From Trichoplax sp. H2 (taxonomy: Eukaryota), in NCBI GenBank assembly GCA_003344405.1, contig NOWV01000014.1, positions 558,001-622,000 on the forward strand: a stretch of 64,000 nt of DNA. The letters run 5' to 3'. Positions 1 to 20,389 of the stretch are shown in pieces. The notes below the pieces were generated by a model, which saw nothing but the letters and a program-made list of their open reading frames with translations, was not told the DNA's origin and ran no database searches. A program made the position numbers and the translations under genes. Positions within the stretch are counted from its first letter, which is position 1. The number at the start of each line of letters is the position of its first letter.

Positions 1-85
1 CGTTCTACGTTATGCGTTAACACATTTGATTTACGAGATGGAGGAGTTTTTTTTCTTGTTTTATTGGTGTGTGTTTGCATGAGCG

Positions 86-113
86 TATACATATATATAT
101 ATATATATATATA
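86..113. repeat. (TA)n microsatellite
   Basis: Visible run of TA dinucleotides. Confidence 0.9.
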
Positions 114-1253
114 TGACAGGGTATCAATAGATTAGAGTAGAAAGATATTGCAATTATGTAGTCTATCATACAAATGAGAAAAATAGTCTAAATTGTTAAA
201 TCAATTTATAGGCATAGATATGTATCCTAATTTTTTGTCAAGTTGTGCTGTAAACTTCATCGTATAATAGAGTAAAATAATTTTTTATCCTCATTGGGAA
301 AGAATCTAATTTGACGCTTTCCAATAAATGAACCACGTGTTATGCAGCTATTGATTGAAGTATTCAACTCGATCATCAGATAGGAAGAGAGTCCAGTCAG
401 GAAGTATAATTCCTATAGGATTTATAATCAACCATAAATTAGCAATCCAGGAGTGGTGGTAACCACTGCTACCTTGGACGTCATGATTTTCATTTTTTGT
501 CTTGTCAATGATAACAATAAAAATGGACAAGCATGATGAAGATTGTTTGATAGACTCGATCTTGAATAGTTTTCATCGTATTGACTGGGATAAAATCAAT
601 TATTTCCTATCTTTTATTTTATGAATTTTTCACTTTTCTTTCAATGTGATCGATTGGATGATTTATTTTTTCTTTATCTTGATATTGTTCTCCAACTTAT
701 TCAATTTTACAATTATCTTCCCCACTTTCATCCTGTTGTATATATATGGATATACTTATGTGCCTATATATGTATGCAAGTGCATGTTTGTGTATGTGTG
801 GCATCTCTTCTTTCTCTCCACCCCCATTTTTCCTCGTCTTTCTTTTTCGTTCTCTTCAATCTTTTCTTCTTTAGTGGATTTTTGTATTTTTAATTGTCAG
901 TTGTAATCATTGGAAGGAGGGAGGAGCAGGTAATGATGAATGAACTTTGGTCGTGATGACTTTTATTATCAATCTGCACATTATTATCCACAGTTACTTG
1001 CAATTAGGCTATGAACAACGCGTGGGTGTATATTATTGTCTTATTAAATTAATAAGTCCACCTTCAAAATTGATAGTATGATAAATTGTGATATTTTAAG
1101 ACTACCCTGGGAGTTAGTCAATGATTCGTAGACTCGAAGTGTGATACGGTAGCAAAGAAGGAGAGAGAAAGAGAAAAAAAAATTCTTTTTAAAAAATTGA
1201 TTATCATTTAAACTCAATGGATGAAATTCAGTTATTACCTTGTCCTTATTTAG

Positions 1254-4200
1254 ATACACAAGTCAGTAATTTCCCAATCGTCACCGTCAAGACTGATGGC
1301 GAAGCAGACAATGTTCATAATTGTACCACCAATGTCAGTTTTGATGCAAGTAATCAACGCTACGTGAATGAACAACATTCTCCACCAATTCATCATACGC
1401 CGCCATCACCATCCAATCAACATCCTCATCATCATCATTCACTTCATCATCACCATCCTTCTCTTCCACATCATCAACAGCAACATCCACAACAACAGCA
1501 ACAACAATCTCAACAACATCAAACTTTATTCAGAAGGTTATCCGATAGTAGCGCTTATATATCAACTTTAGCCAGTCAGGAGAAACAACAACTAATGCGT
1601 CGATCGTCAGACAGTACTTCACTGATGGCCACAACTAATGTTGATCGATTGAATGTGAGAAGATTATCCGATGGGATCGCTTTAAATAATGGCCATTTCC
1701 ATCCACCCATGTTTAATAATCAATGCCAGCAGCAACCAACTCAACAACAGCAACAACAAGCACCACCACCGCCACAACAGCAACATCAACGTTTATCACC
1801 AGCCAATAGCTTAAGTGGTACTGTCTTTTCAGGCAATCCTAATCCATTTCAGCAAGGATTTCCTAACGTTAAGCAAGAGTGTCAAGATAATTGTTATGAT
1901 GTCGGTATGTAAGCCAAATGTTAAAAATGTGGGCGAAATCAGTTTTTATATTAATCCACTGCGTTGATGTAAAGTAGTGGGCGATTGATTTCCATCGATT
2001 TGTCCATGTTATACAATATCCTATTCGCCATTTCATTTTTATACTTTTCCATTTTTTCTCTCCCTCCCCAATAATAATTAATTATCCTTCTTTTAATTTA
2101 ATTTAATTTTACTGTACACTAGATAATTACTGACTAGTTCATATAATTTTAGACTTGTTGACATCGGCTAATAAGTAAAAAAAAAATGGTTGAAGATAAA
2201 ATGGTTATGCTACTGTACTATTAAATTGGGTAGTAGTTAGTAAAAATGTTAACTTCTCTACATAGCCAGTCATACGCAGTTTACGATCATATAGGATAGT
2301 ATTATTTCATCTATTATAAAATAGCCTTTCTAGTGGTGTAGTATTGGCTATGGAGTAACCATTATGAAATTATCAGGGGACGTTGACTGCAATATTCATT
2401 TTCTTTGTAATATACTTTGTATTTGGCAGAGAATATACTTAATTAAACAACTCAAAGGGTTATGATAAAGTAGACAGTCTTTAGGAGACTAGAAATAGAT
2501 TAATCGAGTTACAGTTTGATATCCTTTCATCAAACAGAACGGTCTCTCTTTAGTATTTTCTCGTTATTATTGAATATTTTTAGTTTTGATCTTATTATTG
2601 ATCCATTTCGATTTTTTTTTCCCCTTATACCTTTCTGTTCGGGGTTGTACGTATGACTGTAATGATTTATAATATAAACATCAGTTGTTAAAAACTTTAG
2701 GAATTAATATTAGTAAAATTATCGTAAGTTAGTAAGTTATTGATATTAATTTTACCGTTAAATCAGCAAAAAAGGATAAAAATGAAACTAAACAAGTTAA
2801 TATAACTCAAAATCGATCTTCATAGAACTATTTTAATATTAGATCGTAAAGTTATAAGGATATTGTTGAGTAAAATTGAAGCTAGGATGGGAGCTATGAA
2901 AATGATGATTCCCATAGTGAAGGATATGGACTTTGCTGTTGTCTTGAAGCTGTTCTGCTATATATATGTTAACAACGATCGTAGTTAATTTTTAGAACAT
3001 GCAATGAAATAGACAACGAAAATAATTAAAACGATAGAGTTGATAGACGTATAGTTAGTATAGCAGTTGATGTATTTAATATCTACAAGTAATTCAGTTA
3101 AATAAGTTATAGACTGCAGTATAGATATTATTTCCTATGACTCTACGATAGTTCCAATATGTTATCCTGAACGGTTGGAATTGATCTGCCAAACACTAAC
3201 GTGATCGACTGTACTACTATCTATTAATGTCATGTTGAATAAACTTTAACGCTATAGATGAAGAAAGATTGATCCTGATGTTAAAGCCATCAAATATATT
3301 GAATAGCGAATTTGCTTTCAGTTTAAACAATAAACTATTGATAATCGAAATAAAACAAAGTAAAATTAATTTGAAAATCCCTAATGTTCAAAGAATATCT
3401 ATTATTATTCAAATCTAACTACCGATGTTTATTAACGTTATAAACTGTAGAAATGGCATCACCATCTTCAGCTATGAGCGATAGTCGAAGTCCATATACT
3501 CCAATGGTTAATACACCAGAAGTTCGATCTCCTTATGATGTCAATTCTATGTATGATGATCATAGTGAACATTTATACAATGATGGTGTCGGTAAGATGC
3601 AATCATTAAATTCGTCCTAGCTATTTTATAAGTATTCGTATAATTATGCAATAAAATTTCGAATTTTTTTCCATTATAAATGACCATCATAAATAACTTA
3701 TTTAATCATCGCATTAATCAGATTACAAAAAAATAAAAATTGTCTTACCGTAAAATGAAGTATTATACAGAAAATCGATCCTTTCAGTGATGCCAACTCC
3801 CTTCATGATCAACATAGCTTAAATAGATTTTATGCCTATCGAATTAGTAACTGATATCAATTACTTAATCATTAATTAGCTATTATTGTAGAAAGCACAC
3901 GGTAGTCTATATTTTACATGTATAACGTTTCGTCAGGGAAGAATAAAGGTTTTTCAAAGTGATCTTGATAACTTACTTTATCTCTTCTATTAATCATCAA
4001 CAATGTAAAAGTTAGTAGTATACAAGGTAATTCCAGATTAATATTTTCTGAATACACATATATAAGACCTAAAAATAATATTATCGTATATGATCTAAAA
4101 GTGCGGTCCTTTTTTATTATTTAGATAAAGCTGTAGACGAATCATAAATCAGTATAGAACTACAGCCAATATAAAGATCATTCCAAGTTTTTAACATATT

Positions 4201-5309
4201 GCGTGATTTAAATATAGGGAAATTAAGTAAATGATTTACTCGTCGCAAAGTTTTCAATCCTTTTATTGTTATAGTAATACAAATTAGCTAAAGTCATGAA
4301 AAATATTCTCGTTATATAGTGTTATGTAGTTAAGGTTCTCTATTCAACTATGACTTTTTAATAATTATGTACATAGTCGTCAAATCTAACCTCTTCACTC
4401 CTGTATTAGAAATGGATGTGGGAGTATATTTCGACTGTTAAATATCAAACATTTCCTTTACATCGTTAGCGTAAAAATTTATAAAATCACACAAGAACTA
4501 GTAACTCAGTGCCTTTACTTGACTAATTTATTGCCATTTATTAAAATATGTTTATATCATCACCTGATTATTACTTCAATCGCAAAACGTGTTATCACAA
4601 ATCTTCCTTTTGCTGAGCGTATATTGACTGCTAATGCAAAATTAATGGCCGTTCAATATGCCCTCTTTCTACTCTAGTACTGTATATTAAATGTAACTCA
4701 GGGTATGATCGATAGGAATTATCATTGTCAATATTTTAGAAACAAATTATCTTTATTTGTTTTTTTGTAGCAGTTGCTGAAAGCAAAGGTAGATCTGAAG
4801 GTTATGATCTACCTACCTTTCAACGCCGTGGCTCATTACAGCTGTGGCAATTTTTAATAACTTTGCTAGACGATGCTGAATGTAGTGGCATTATCTCATG
4901 GACAGGGCGTGGAATGGAATTTAAATTAAATGATCCAGAAGAAGTTGCACGTCGATGGGGACAACAAAAGAATCGTCCAGCCATGAATTACGATAAATTA
5001 AGTCGATCGCTACGCTACTACTATGAGAAAGGTATTATGCAAAAGGTAGCTGGAGAACGTTATGTCTACAAATTTGTTTGTAGCCCAGACGCATTATATA
5101 AAATGGCTTATCCTGATGCTAACAAATCAGTTCCAAGGCAAGAATATCGGTCACCTTTAATTCAACAGGAACATCCTATTATAAACATCTCGAGTGTACG
5201 CCATCAACCGCCTTTTCAACGTTATCTTGATCAAACACACTATCCTGAACCCGGTCGTTATATTGAAAACTGTAATAGCAACACGGAATGGCAAAGCAAC
5301 ATTATGTAG
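1254..5309 (+). CDS. Pea3: PEA3-subfamily ETS transcription factor (ETV1/ETV4/ETV5 co-ortholog); exons 1254-1904, 3451-3591, 4771-5309; 5' end uncertain (in-frame ATG at 1217, or upstream exons such as a possible 901-929 micro-exon)
   Basis: The last exon translates to [21 protein letters not shown]...[63 protein letters not shown], the PEA3-type ETS domain. The GT-AG introns are phase 1 and keep one frame. The His/Gln-rich N-terminal region carries a VKQE SUMO-type motif and SP/TP sites. Confidence 0.93.
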
Positions 5310-5517
5310 GCCATCTATTTGTAGAGACTTTTTAATGTAAACCTCCCTAATCAGAGTCAATGATAATGATTTAATTGTGATTAAAAATTTAAAAAAATTG
5401 ACACATTGTTACCTGCCTAAAATGTTGCACACACTGTTATGATCAACTCGGTACTGTAAACTTTTTATTTGTAAGGCTTCATCACCAATGTAAGCATGTG
5501 ATATGTACATATACGCG

Positions 5518-5561
5518 TATATATATATATTGATAATATATATATATATATATATATATAT
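5518..5561. repeat. interrupted (TA)n microsatellite, probably in the ETS 3' UTR
   Basis: Visible TA runs about 200 nt after the ETS stop codon. Confidence 0.85.
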
Positions 5562-6795
5562 TGATGCTGTACTGCATTTGTGTGTTTCTGTTTGCTTATA
5601 TATGTGTACCTGTATATATGTACTGGATGCGCTATATATATTTACAAGTGTGATTATGTTTATAATTATGGAAATGTTTCTCAATCCTCTCGTAAACGCA
5701 ATTTTTTCTTGGCCTCATTTTATGATGACTAGCAGCTGACGTTTTCAACCTTAACCAGGCTGACCAATCAACTTGAGATATGTTTAAGCTTAATTCGTTC
5801 CATTTCTATTTATCGAATGCTGTTTATATTGTTTAACGTATATTAAGTATCTGCATTGTAAAAGTAATCTATAGCCATATTTTATGTCGTTGCCATGTAA
5901 CTTTTTCGCTACGTGGAAAAGTGAAATTAGTTTATATATTGAGGTAATAGCTATAGAAACATTATTGTTAATTAATTAAGGAATATTGTGATGATGATAA
6001 TATCCGCCACAATAGCATAATTATGAATTCTTGTCAAATATGCTATTCGCTGAGTAGTATTCACAAAGCAGTCTAGTCTAGTAATGACAAGTCATTAACA
6101 GCTGGTAGTGATAGACTAGATAATTTCACGCTAAGCAGATTACTTTTTGTGTCTATTGAGGCAGTAATACCACTATAGTAGACTAATGTAGGTATTGTTA
6201 TGTAACCATTTTATTAGCTCGCCTTATTTCCTCTGCTACTAGTATTATCGCGATCTATTCACTTTTCTGTATAATAGAATTACTACACATATAAATCGCT
6301 TGTAGGTGTATGTATGTATGTATGTGTGTGTATGTATACATGTGCGATATGCGATAGCTATTTGCACGATAGATGTTTATGTTTAAAGTGTATATGAATA
6401 CCTTTATGTAGCGGCTATGTGCATGGCCGGCCACATGTAAATATTTATTGTGATTCTAAGCCTAACTATGTTAAAATAGCATATTATGTCTATTACTTAT
6501 TTATATACGTATACTTGTAGATATATATCCTTAAACATGCAATTGGACATGCCTACCAGTTAATATATACAGCTGTAACCAAGTAATAACATTTATGCTA
6601 GTATAAGCAATATGGACAGCGTGGTTCAAGAAAAGAATAAGGTCAAATGAAGACGCAAAGACAGGAATATTGCGCATGAAATTCAACACTTTAAGAATGT
6701 TGCTATATGATGAATTGAGGATTAATAACATGGGTTTTTATTTCTTGGCCTCGGACTAGGTTCCAACGCTAATTTAAAGAGACAACAAAAATTTC

Positions 6796-7008
6796 GCCTC
6801 TTGCTGCTATTAACAAGATAACTAATAGTTTCATCGCTGCTACTCTACGTTGTCTTTAAAAGTGAATCCACTTTAATACAATGAAAGCCTGCAGTACTAT
6901 TCTGCCTCTTACCGCTATTAAGAAGATAACTAATAGTTGCATCGCTGCTACTCTACGTCGTCTTTAAAAATGAATCAACGTTAATACAATGAAAAGCCTA
7001 CAGTACTC
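6796..7008. repeat. tandem duplication of a ~108 bp unit (2 copies)
   Basis: gcctctt..ctattaa.aagataactaatagtt.catcgctgctactctacgt.gtctttaaaa.tgaatc.ac.ttaatacaatgaaa..cct.cagtact starts at both 6796 and 6904. Confidence 0.9.
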
Positions 7009-10000
7009 AAGTTAAAACTAAGATGGTAACATAGTTTTGCCTTCGTACTATCGATATCATCCAATGCTATTGCAAATAAATACCACTATGCCTTAAACCA
7101 TAATGGAAGGTTTAATAAGGTCTGACGATATAGAATGTTCTCGATAAAACGTACGATTGCTATCTAGGCCATTACGTTGCTACCCGAACTTGGCCATTTA
7201 TAACGGTACCGGTAACCATACTATGTTAGTCCGTTGGCAAGTAATGATTGACTTCTTACAAGCTTTCTATTAGTCCATGGCCACGTTGAAGTCTAGTAGA
7301 AGTAGTCAGTGTACCTCATTTGCCTTGGATGATTAATACGATACCGTGATGGCTTTTACATCTGAGAAGTAAGATAGGATTCATCGCAGAGCAAAAGAAT
7401 CATAAATGCCAAGCTAGAAAAGATGGTCCCACAACTTTTTTTTCGTGATAAGAATGGTAACCGTTAAAGGACAAGCTACAATAACTAGTAATTGCTAAAA
7501 GTGTTATATCAGTCATCGCCTTGTACAAAATTACAAATGAAATACGAATTGGCATGATGGAATAGCAAGAACTTCAACGACAGCAATAACATTAGCAAAA
7601 TTTAAAACATTGTCGGTATGGTATTCGAATGTATAGGTGTATGCATACCTTGAGTTGTAAAAAGAAGAAATTTCAAGTCATATAGCTGAGACAATAATAA
7701 AATAATTTGTTATTTGTTAGCCTCGCTATTTAAAAGAAAGAACGAAAAAATTTTGAAATGATCTATAATGGTTTAGATCTCTTTCTAAGGCAGGAAAATA
7801 ACCCAAGAAGTGAAGTATAAGCATAGCAACATCTAATTAAATTTACTTATAAATTAGCCATAGAGTCTCTACCTTGGTTAGATAAATCTTTAACTGGTAA
7901 ATATCTAATGTTATCAAAAACATTTGCCATGTATCTATGTATATTTGGGCTAATATCAAATCTTGAAAAGGGTTTTAATTACAGTACATCATCAAATTAG
8001 GTTAATAGATTTGGAATGATTTTTAAGCGTTTCAAGCTACGTATATCTTTATTAGTGATAGCGATAAAATGATTCTCTTGCTAGATAAGATTGCTGCTTG
8101 ATTCAAATTTTTCGTTCAGATTTTCGTGATAATAATTGCGTTTTTAATTTTAGGTAATAATTTAAGGAACGGTCGGCTATAGTAAAGTATAGCACGATCT
8201 TATGTGAAGCAATAACTTTAAATGTGTTTAAATTTAATTAGATATTATATAGGGCTTGTGCGAATGTTACTTATAAACTTTCGTCTAAAAATATTCATAG
8301 TAATGCTGTAATGTAGCTAGATTAATACTAGTTACGATGATATCTTTGTTTTGAAGCTGGATATACTCGTACATATCTACCACATTAAAGTTGGTTTCTA
8401 CGCTTTCTACTATTTTAACCCTTGTTTTCTTCACGGTTAATTCGGATTGTATTATCTAGCTGTTCTACGTACTGTTGATTTACACTACTTACATCATGCA
8501 AAATAAATAATACTACTAATAATTGCCACTTGCAGATGATATCAAGTTACAATCCAAATTTAACAGTTGTTTTTAAGAAATACCTGTATCAGCTCTATTT
8601 CTACGTCCTAGATACTCTTGCAATATTATTAATAATTTATTGACAAATAATTTTCTCAATTTGTGAATTGATAACTTTAATTGTGATTACGATACTTAAT
8701 TTGACTTCAGAAGTACAGTAATTTGTCCAATTGGATTGTGTAAAAAAGAAATTCCATTTTTACATAACGTCTTTTTTTGGGTCAATCTGCTATTACATTG
8801 ATGAATAATTCAATTCTAAAGTAGTGACTTAAAATAACAACTGCTGTAATTTTAAATTTCCGTAATAGGATTAAATTTAGACAGACAATAAAATCATGAA
8901 AATATAAAGACACTCACAACTAACTTATTGCTAGACAAGCCAGTTTCAATGCATTCTTTGAAGACAAATAATTAAATGATCAATTCCTATAGTTTAAAAC
9001 ATCATTGTTAGTAGAACTACATCATTTTGTTACCTAATAAATGAAAATGGCTCAGCGGGGATGTGTATAGAAGAATCTAGTTGCATCGTTATTACATCAG
9101 TCATTATTTGATTTTGACATAACGCTAGAATAAGCGACTTGGTGCTACTTAGGTATTACGTCATTCCATTAATTATTGTGGCGTTTGCCAAGGCTACCAT
9201 TAGTTAATATAGCGTCAATGATGATTTAATGTCAGTTAGTCCTTTTATTTTCTTTATTGTTAGTAATATAATTCACGCAATGACGCGTGAATTATATTCT
9301 AGATCAACGCTATCAATTTCCTGTACAGCCGCTGTTATTTAGAATGACATTAGTATCGAATTACAAAGTTAAAATATTATCTGTTGGGTTTGTATTTAAA
9401 ATTATAAGAAAATAAATATATCAGTCCAACTGACCTGTGTATATGTGTTCCGGGGCAAACTAAGCAATATTGTACAAACGATTTATTTAAAAGCAGATAA
9501 ATTTATTAGTTATGCGTAGAATGCTTTGTTATTGAACGAAGAACAACATTTACTGTCGTCATTAACTTAAAATATGTGATCTATTATAGTCACTATTTTA
9601 GTTATGATTGCAGCATATCTATTCCTTTTTACTTTGATTTTTCTTTCGAAATCCTCGAGATATTTCCTGCTACTCAACGTCATTAACTGATATAAAAATA
9701 GCTAATGCCAAGGATTTGTAACAATTAATAATGCGTACAATAAGTATGATGTCTATGATAATTAATTGCTCGGAAAGTAAACCCAATAACGTTTATCAAT
9801 TACCTTCGATCGTAAGTTGTGTTGAATTATACAGTAGTTCTAGCTATAGGAAGCACCTTATTATTTTTCTTTAAAATACATTGATGATTCACAAGAACGA
9901 TTTATACGTTATTTATTCCATTTTATCCCATGCGTAATAGCTTATTAGGTATGGCATGTCTTTTCCCCTCCATATGCTTAAGAGAAATTGGAAAAATAAT

Positions 10001-13000
10001 ATTTATGTAAAATTTAATTACTTTCAATTTGTCTGCATAAATGATCAAAATTATGGACAACAGTAATTTGGAACTATTTCATATATTCGTGTAGCATATT
10101 AGAGAATTACATAATTTTGTTAACTTAAAATTAGGGTTATGTGAGCAAAACCGCAGTAATAGTAGTAGACTATTACACGGTCATTACAAAACCTTATACA
10201 CATAAGAATATCATAAAACTAGCCGAAATATTATCACTTTAACACTTGGTTGATTAGAAAGATTTAAAGATTTATCAATGGTCGTTTGCTCCATCAAGGC
10301 CATACTATTAATTAGCCAGACCACTTATTATTATTCTGTTTTCAGGGTAAATATGCTATATTCATCTTACACTAATTTAAATGGCTTATAATAGGGTACG
10401 GTACGGTATACAGTAGCCACAATTTGTTTAATTTCGTAGCTTGTGTACGCTTTTGTCAGACCTAGCATTGGAATATAGAATGGGTAACATATGCAGTATG
10501 CAGTATTCATGTTGCTCATACAGCATAAGTATAGGTGCATGTGTTCCAGCCGTAAGGCTGCGTCCATTCTCAGAAATAGCTAAAACATTTGCTTACTTAA
10601 AAACTGAAATAGACAAACCAGTTGTTATACGCACGTGGCATATCCTTTGCTAATTGTTGTAAATTAAAGTTTATTTATGAATGAAATTGTTAAACAATCG
10701 CTACAAGCAATTAAATCATATACCGCATATAAGAGCATATCAAGATAGCTAATTTCAGCAGTATCAGAGAATATGGAGAGATACTGCTAAAGCCGGGTAT
10801 TCTCCAGTTTATGATAACATAGACTAGCATAACCTACTATTTAAGGACAATTGATGATAATATTTATAAGGGGATGTTATTAATTGGTGTTGAAATCTAC
10901 AATTAGGGTATTTTTAAGCCATATTAGATATGAGTGACAATATAGTGTACAATCAGGTTTGGGATATTATACGCTTATTACCTTGATATATTTATAGTCT
11001 TGTAAGTTATTTTGAGCTCGTTTAACATGCAATAGAGTAAATTTAATAGACTTTTACTACGCGTTTTTTACTTATTAACAAAATTATAGTTTAAATATGG
11101 ATTTACAGTCTTCGGTTTCATGAAGCACCTATTGTTTGATTCTCATCATTTTCTGAAGCAAGTAAAAATATGCGCTGTAACACGCTATATGATTTGCCTC
11201 TCAATATTTAACCACAATGCAGTAGATCAAACGGCTGCCAAAACGTATTCATAGTCGTTGGCATCCTAAGATGCTTTGCGAATTGCTAGAGAATGTTTAT
11301 GTTTAAAGCATTCCTGCTGTTATGGCATCAAATAATACTCTTTCACGAAATTTATCAATTTAACATTTTCAAATTTAATTATGAAGCCAGAAATATTCCT
11401 AATTTCACCATGATTATTTTATGTTAAGAGCTTGAATATCAGAACAGAATTTTAGCATTATTCTTTTCGGATCAAGATCCTTCATTTTTGCAGAGTTGTA
11501 CTTAAGACTGTATAATAATCCAGTTATTATTTCTTAATTGCTTTATGATTGGGACACTTTAAAACAAGGTGGAGATTAGGGGATAATACCGACTTATTAT
11601 ATTTTATCTATCAAGCCACTTACAGTAATCTGGGAATTTTGCAAATAAGTATAACTATGTGGCTGAATTCTAAATATATTTTAAAGCTTACAACCGATAA
11701 TATCTATAACGCTTACAGAGAAACTTACGACTTCTGGTTCAATGATTACTTTAGCTAAACAATTAACTTCTAACGATTTCAATACAACCAGGAACTGCAG
11801 CAAAACAAGACTAAAGTAATTTGGAGTACTCCACCATTTTATATGCTTCACAGAGCAGTTGGTGGCCTCTCTACTATGAATCATAAATTCTAAAATAAGC
11901 TAAAAGTTATTACCAACTAGGATACTAGCGATCAATCTATATGTCTTAGGACAGATTATACTCTACGATTCCCTTCTACATGGTACATACATATATATTG
12001 TTAAACTTACAATCCTACGGTAAACGAATATTATCAATTAACAATCATTACCAGCCATCCTCAATATTAAGTAGTCAGCTACAATCATAATCATACAATG
12101 CAATATTCAACATTCCTTAGTCGGGAGTCAGTTACGACTTAAAAGGACACAGTTCATATAAATATTACATGATATCTGTTGACTGGTCATCAATATATAA
12201 TCAACGATGACTAATCAAGAACTTAAACAGTATTAACTATATTAGCATCTTATATCTTAGTAACGTTAACTATAGTGGAGGGTTCACGTTATACTGGTTG
12301 ACACAATCCATCCACTACCATCTAAACTAATTTAGATATTATTTACGAGCTATTACATTAAATCTGAAATTACGCTACGGTTCATCATTAAGTCTACCAA
12401 ATAAAAAAAATACTCTATAAAGGAGACAACTAAATATTAACCTTCATTACAAATGAGTCTATATGATGTAAGACTAGCAAGATCACTAGTTTGTAAATTT
12501 AAACGCGATCCATACTCCTAGATGTTTTGCTAATTTTGCTTCTTTCTTGCAAAATTTTTACGCTGTTACTAACTTAACCTTACCCTAACAACGTTCGAAA
12601 ATACGCTACGGTGGCTCATTGGATCATGAGTAACAAAGAAACTATTTAGTATTAATAATGCCGCAATGATCTTCTACGTCTCTGATTTTAGTTGTAGCAA
12701 CGATAAAGCAAGATGTACAGAATATACCTGTCGTATAAAAAGCTAACGAGCTAAAGAATTTAATATATTAGCTGTAATTTTACTCCCTTATAACGAGCAA
12801 CTAGTAAAAATGGAGTAAAAAGTTTGACCATGATTTAAACCGCCAGCTTATAAAGAGAAATAATTAAGTTAATTCATACTGCATTCTACGAGTAACTAGC
12901 AACAATGTTTCAGCTAATTAATTGTCGGTTACTATAACTAACAATCGAAATTTCAAGCACGGTTGTTGTTAAGTAAACGTTCATGATGCCAAATACGAGC

Positions 13001-13535
13001 TGTATTTACACAATTTACATTATGAAGGCATAAATAAAAGACTTCTTTCAAGCAATTATAATGATTTATTTCGCATTCGTTTCCTATATCTCTATAAAAT
13101 CAGCATGATTTTGATGTTTGTCGTAGGTGTTAACTTTGTTACAAGATGATGCAACCTTATGGATTGCTAAAGCCGTCATTTGATAAAAACTTCGCACTCG
13201 AACCATAGAAATGGTTAAGGATATATTTTAAACGATAAGTAGGCTTATTGTACAATTCAAAATTATTTGTTGTTATCATATCTGACTAAACATTATTAGT
13301 GTAATCATAACATAAATTTAAAGTTTATCTATTGGGAATAATTTTTTTACATTCATAGCATGTAATGATCAATAAGTATGCGAAGTCGAACTACTGAGCA
13401 CAGTTGCTAATGGTATTATTGCTCATCTGACACTCCAAAACGATAATAAAGTATGGTATCGCACTCGATAGCGATAATTCTAGTTATTATACAGGTTTGT
13501 TGAGATATTTTATTAGCAATTATACATAAATAGAA

Positions 13536-19698
<6,163 letters not shown>

Positions 19699-20069
19699 TG
19701 GCCCAATGTAATTTCAATTTCCTTTGCTAAGCAATCAATCCGCGAAGACGATAACTGTACTTCGACTGTCTATGACGATATAGAATCCAATCCCTACTGG
19801 CAGAGTTGACGAACTGAGAGTCAACGACGTCTCGACATAGACCACAACACGGACCACTTGACACCACAGATTCAGAGAATGTTACTAACTGCTAGCAATC
19901 AATAAACCACTTTGAAAAATCATAATATGATAGCAGACTGAATGAAATTGTTGCGCATTCTTCATTCACAGAAAACAAATATGGCGTCCAAGCGATTGCT
20001 CAGCCATCAACATGTGAACACTGCTAGCGCTCCACTTCCCCTCCGACCCTATACAAACACAAGTGGATT

Positions 20070-20355
20070 CCTGTACAGTATGCGACATGCATAAGCTGGT
20101 CAAAGAAGAAAAAGTCGTCAGTGGCGATTGCATTGTCCTCACAATGGACTACAGTACTTTCCACTGGCTTACACCTCTTGCCCAATTCCAGATCATAATA
20201 GATAGGCTTTGTAACGGGCAGTATGACATGCTCTGTACAGTACCCTGTCAATAGTCCAGTTGGCTACAGTACAATATACTGCTGCTGCAGTTGTACTGTA
20301 CACTACTGCACTGTAGACTGTACAGTGTACAGTACTGTACTCCGGACGGTACTCT
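20070..20355. repeat. CAGTAC/ACTGTAC-rich low-complexity tract upstream of CUL1
   Basis: Dense recurrence of cagtac, ctgtac and tacagt words (e.g. gactgtacagtgtacagtactgtac). Confidence 0.55.
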
Positions 20356-20389
20356 GGACCATGGCCGTGTGAACACACACCCTGCTATG

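Noticed and set aside
621-906. Two overlapping hydrophobic ORFs (90 and 86 aa)
   Set aside because: They are translations of a T-rich, low-complexity non-coding tract with no family motif.
5409-5739. IY-repeat ORFs on both strands
   Set aside because: Artefacts of the (TA)n microsatellite in the probable ETS 3' UTR.
10367-11884. Several 60-70 aa ORFs in the ETS-CUL1 interval, considered as hidden exons including a Mox homeobox
   Set aside because: No homeodomain or other motif and no consistent splice chain seen by eye.
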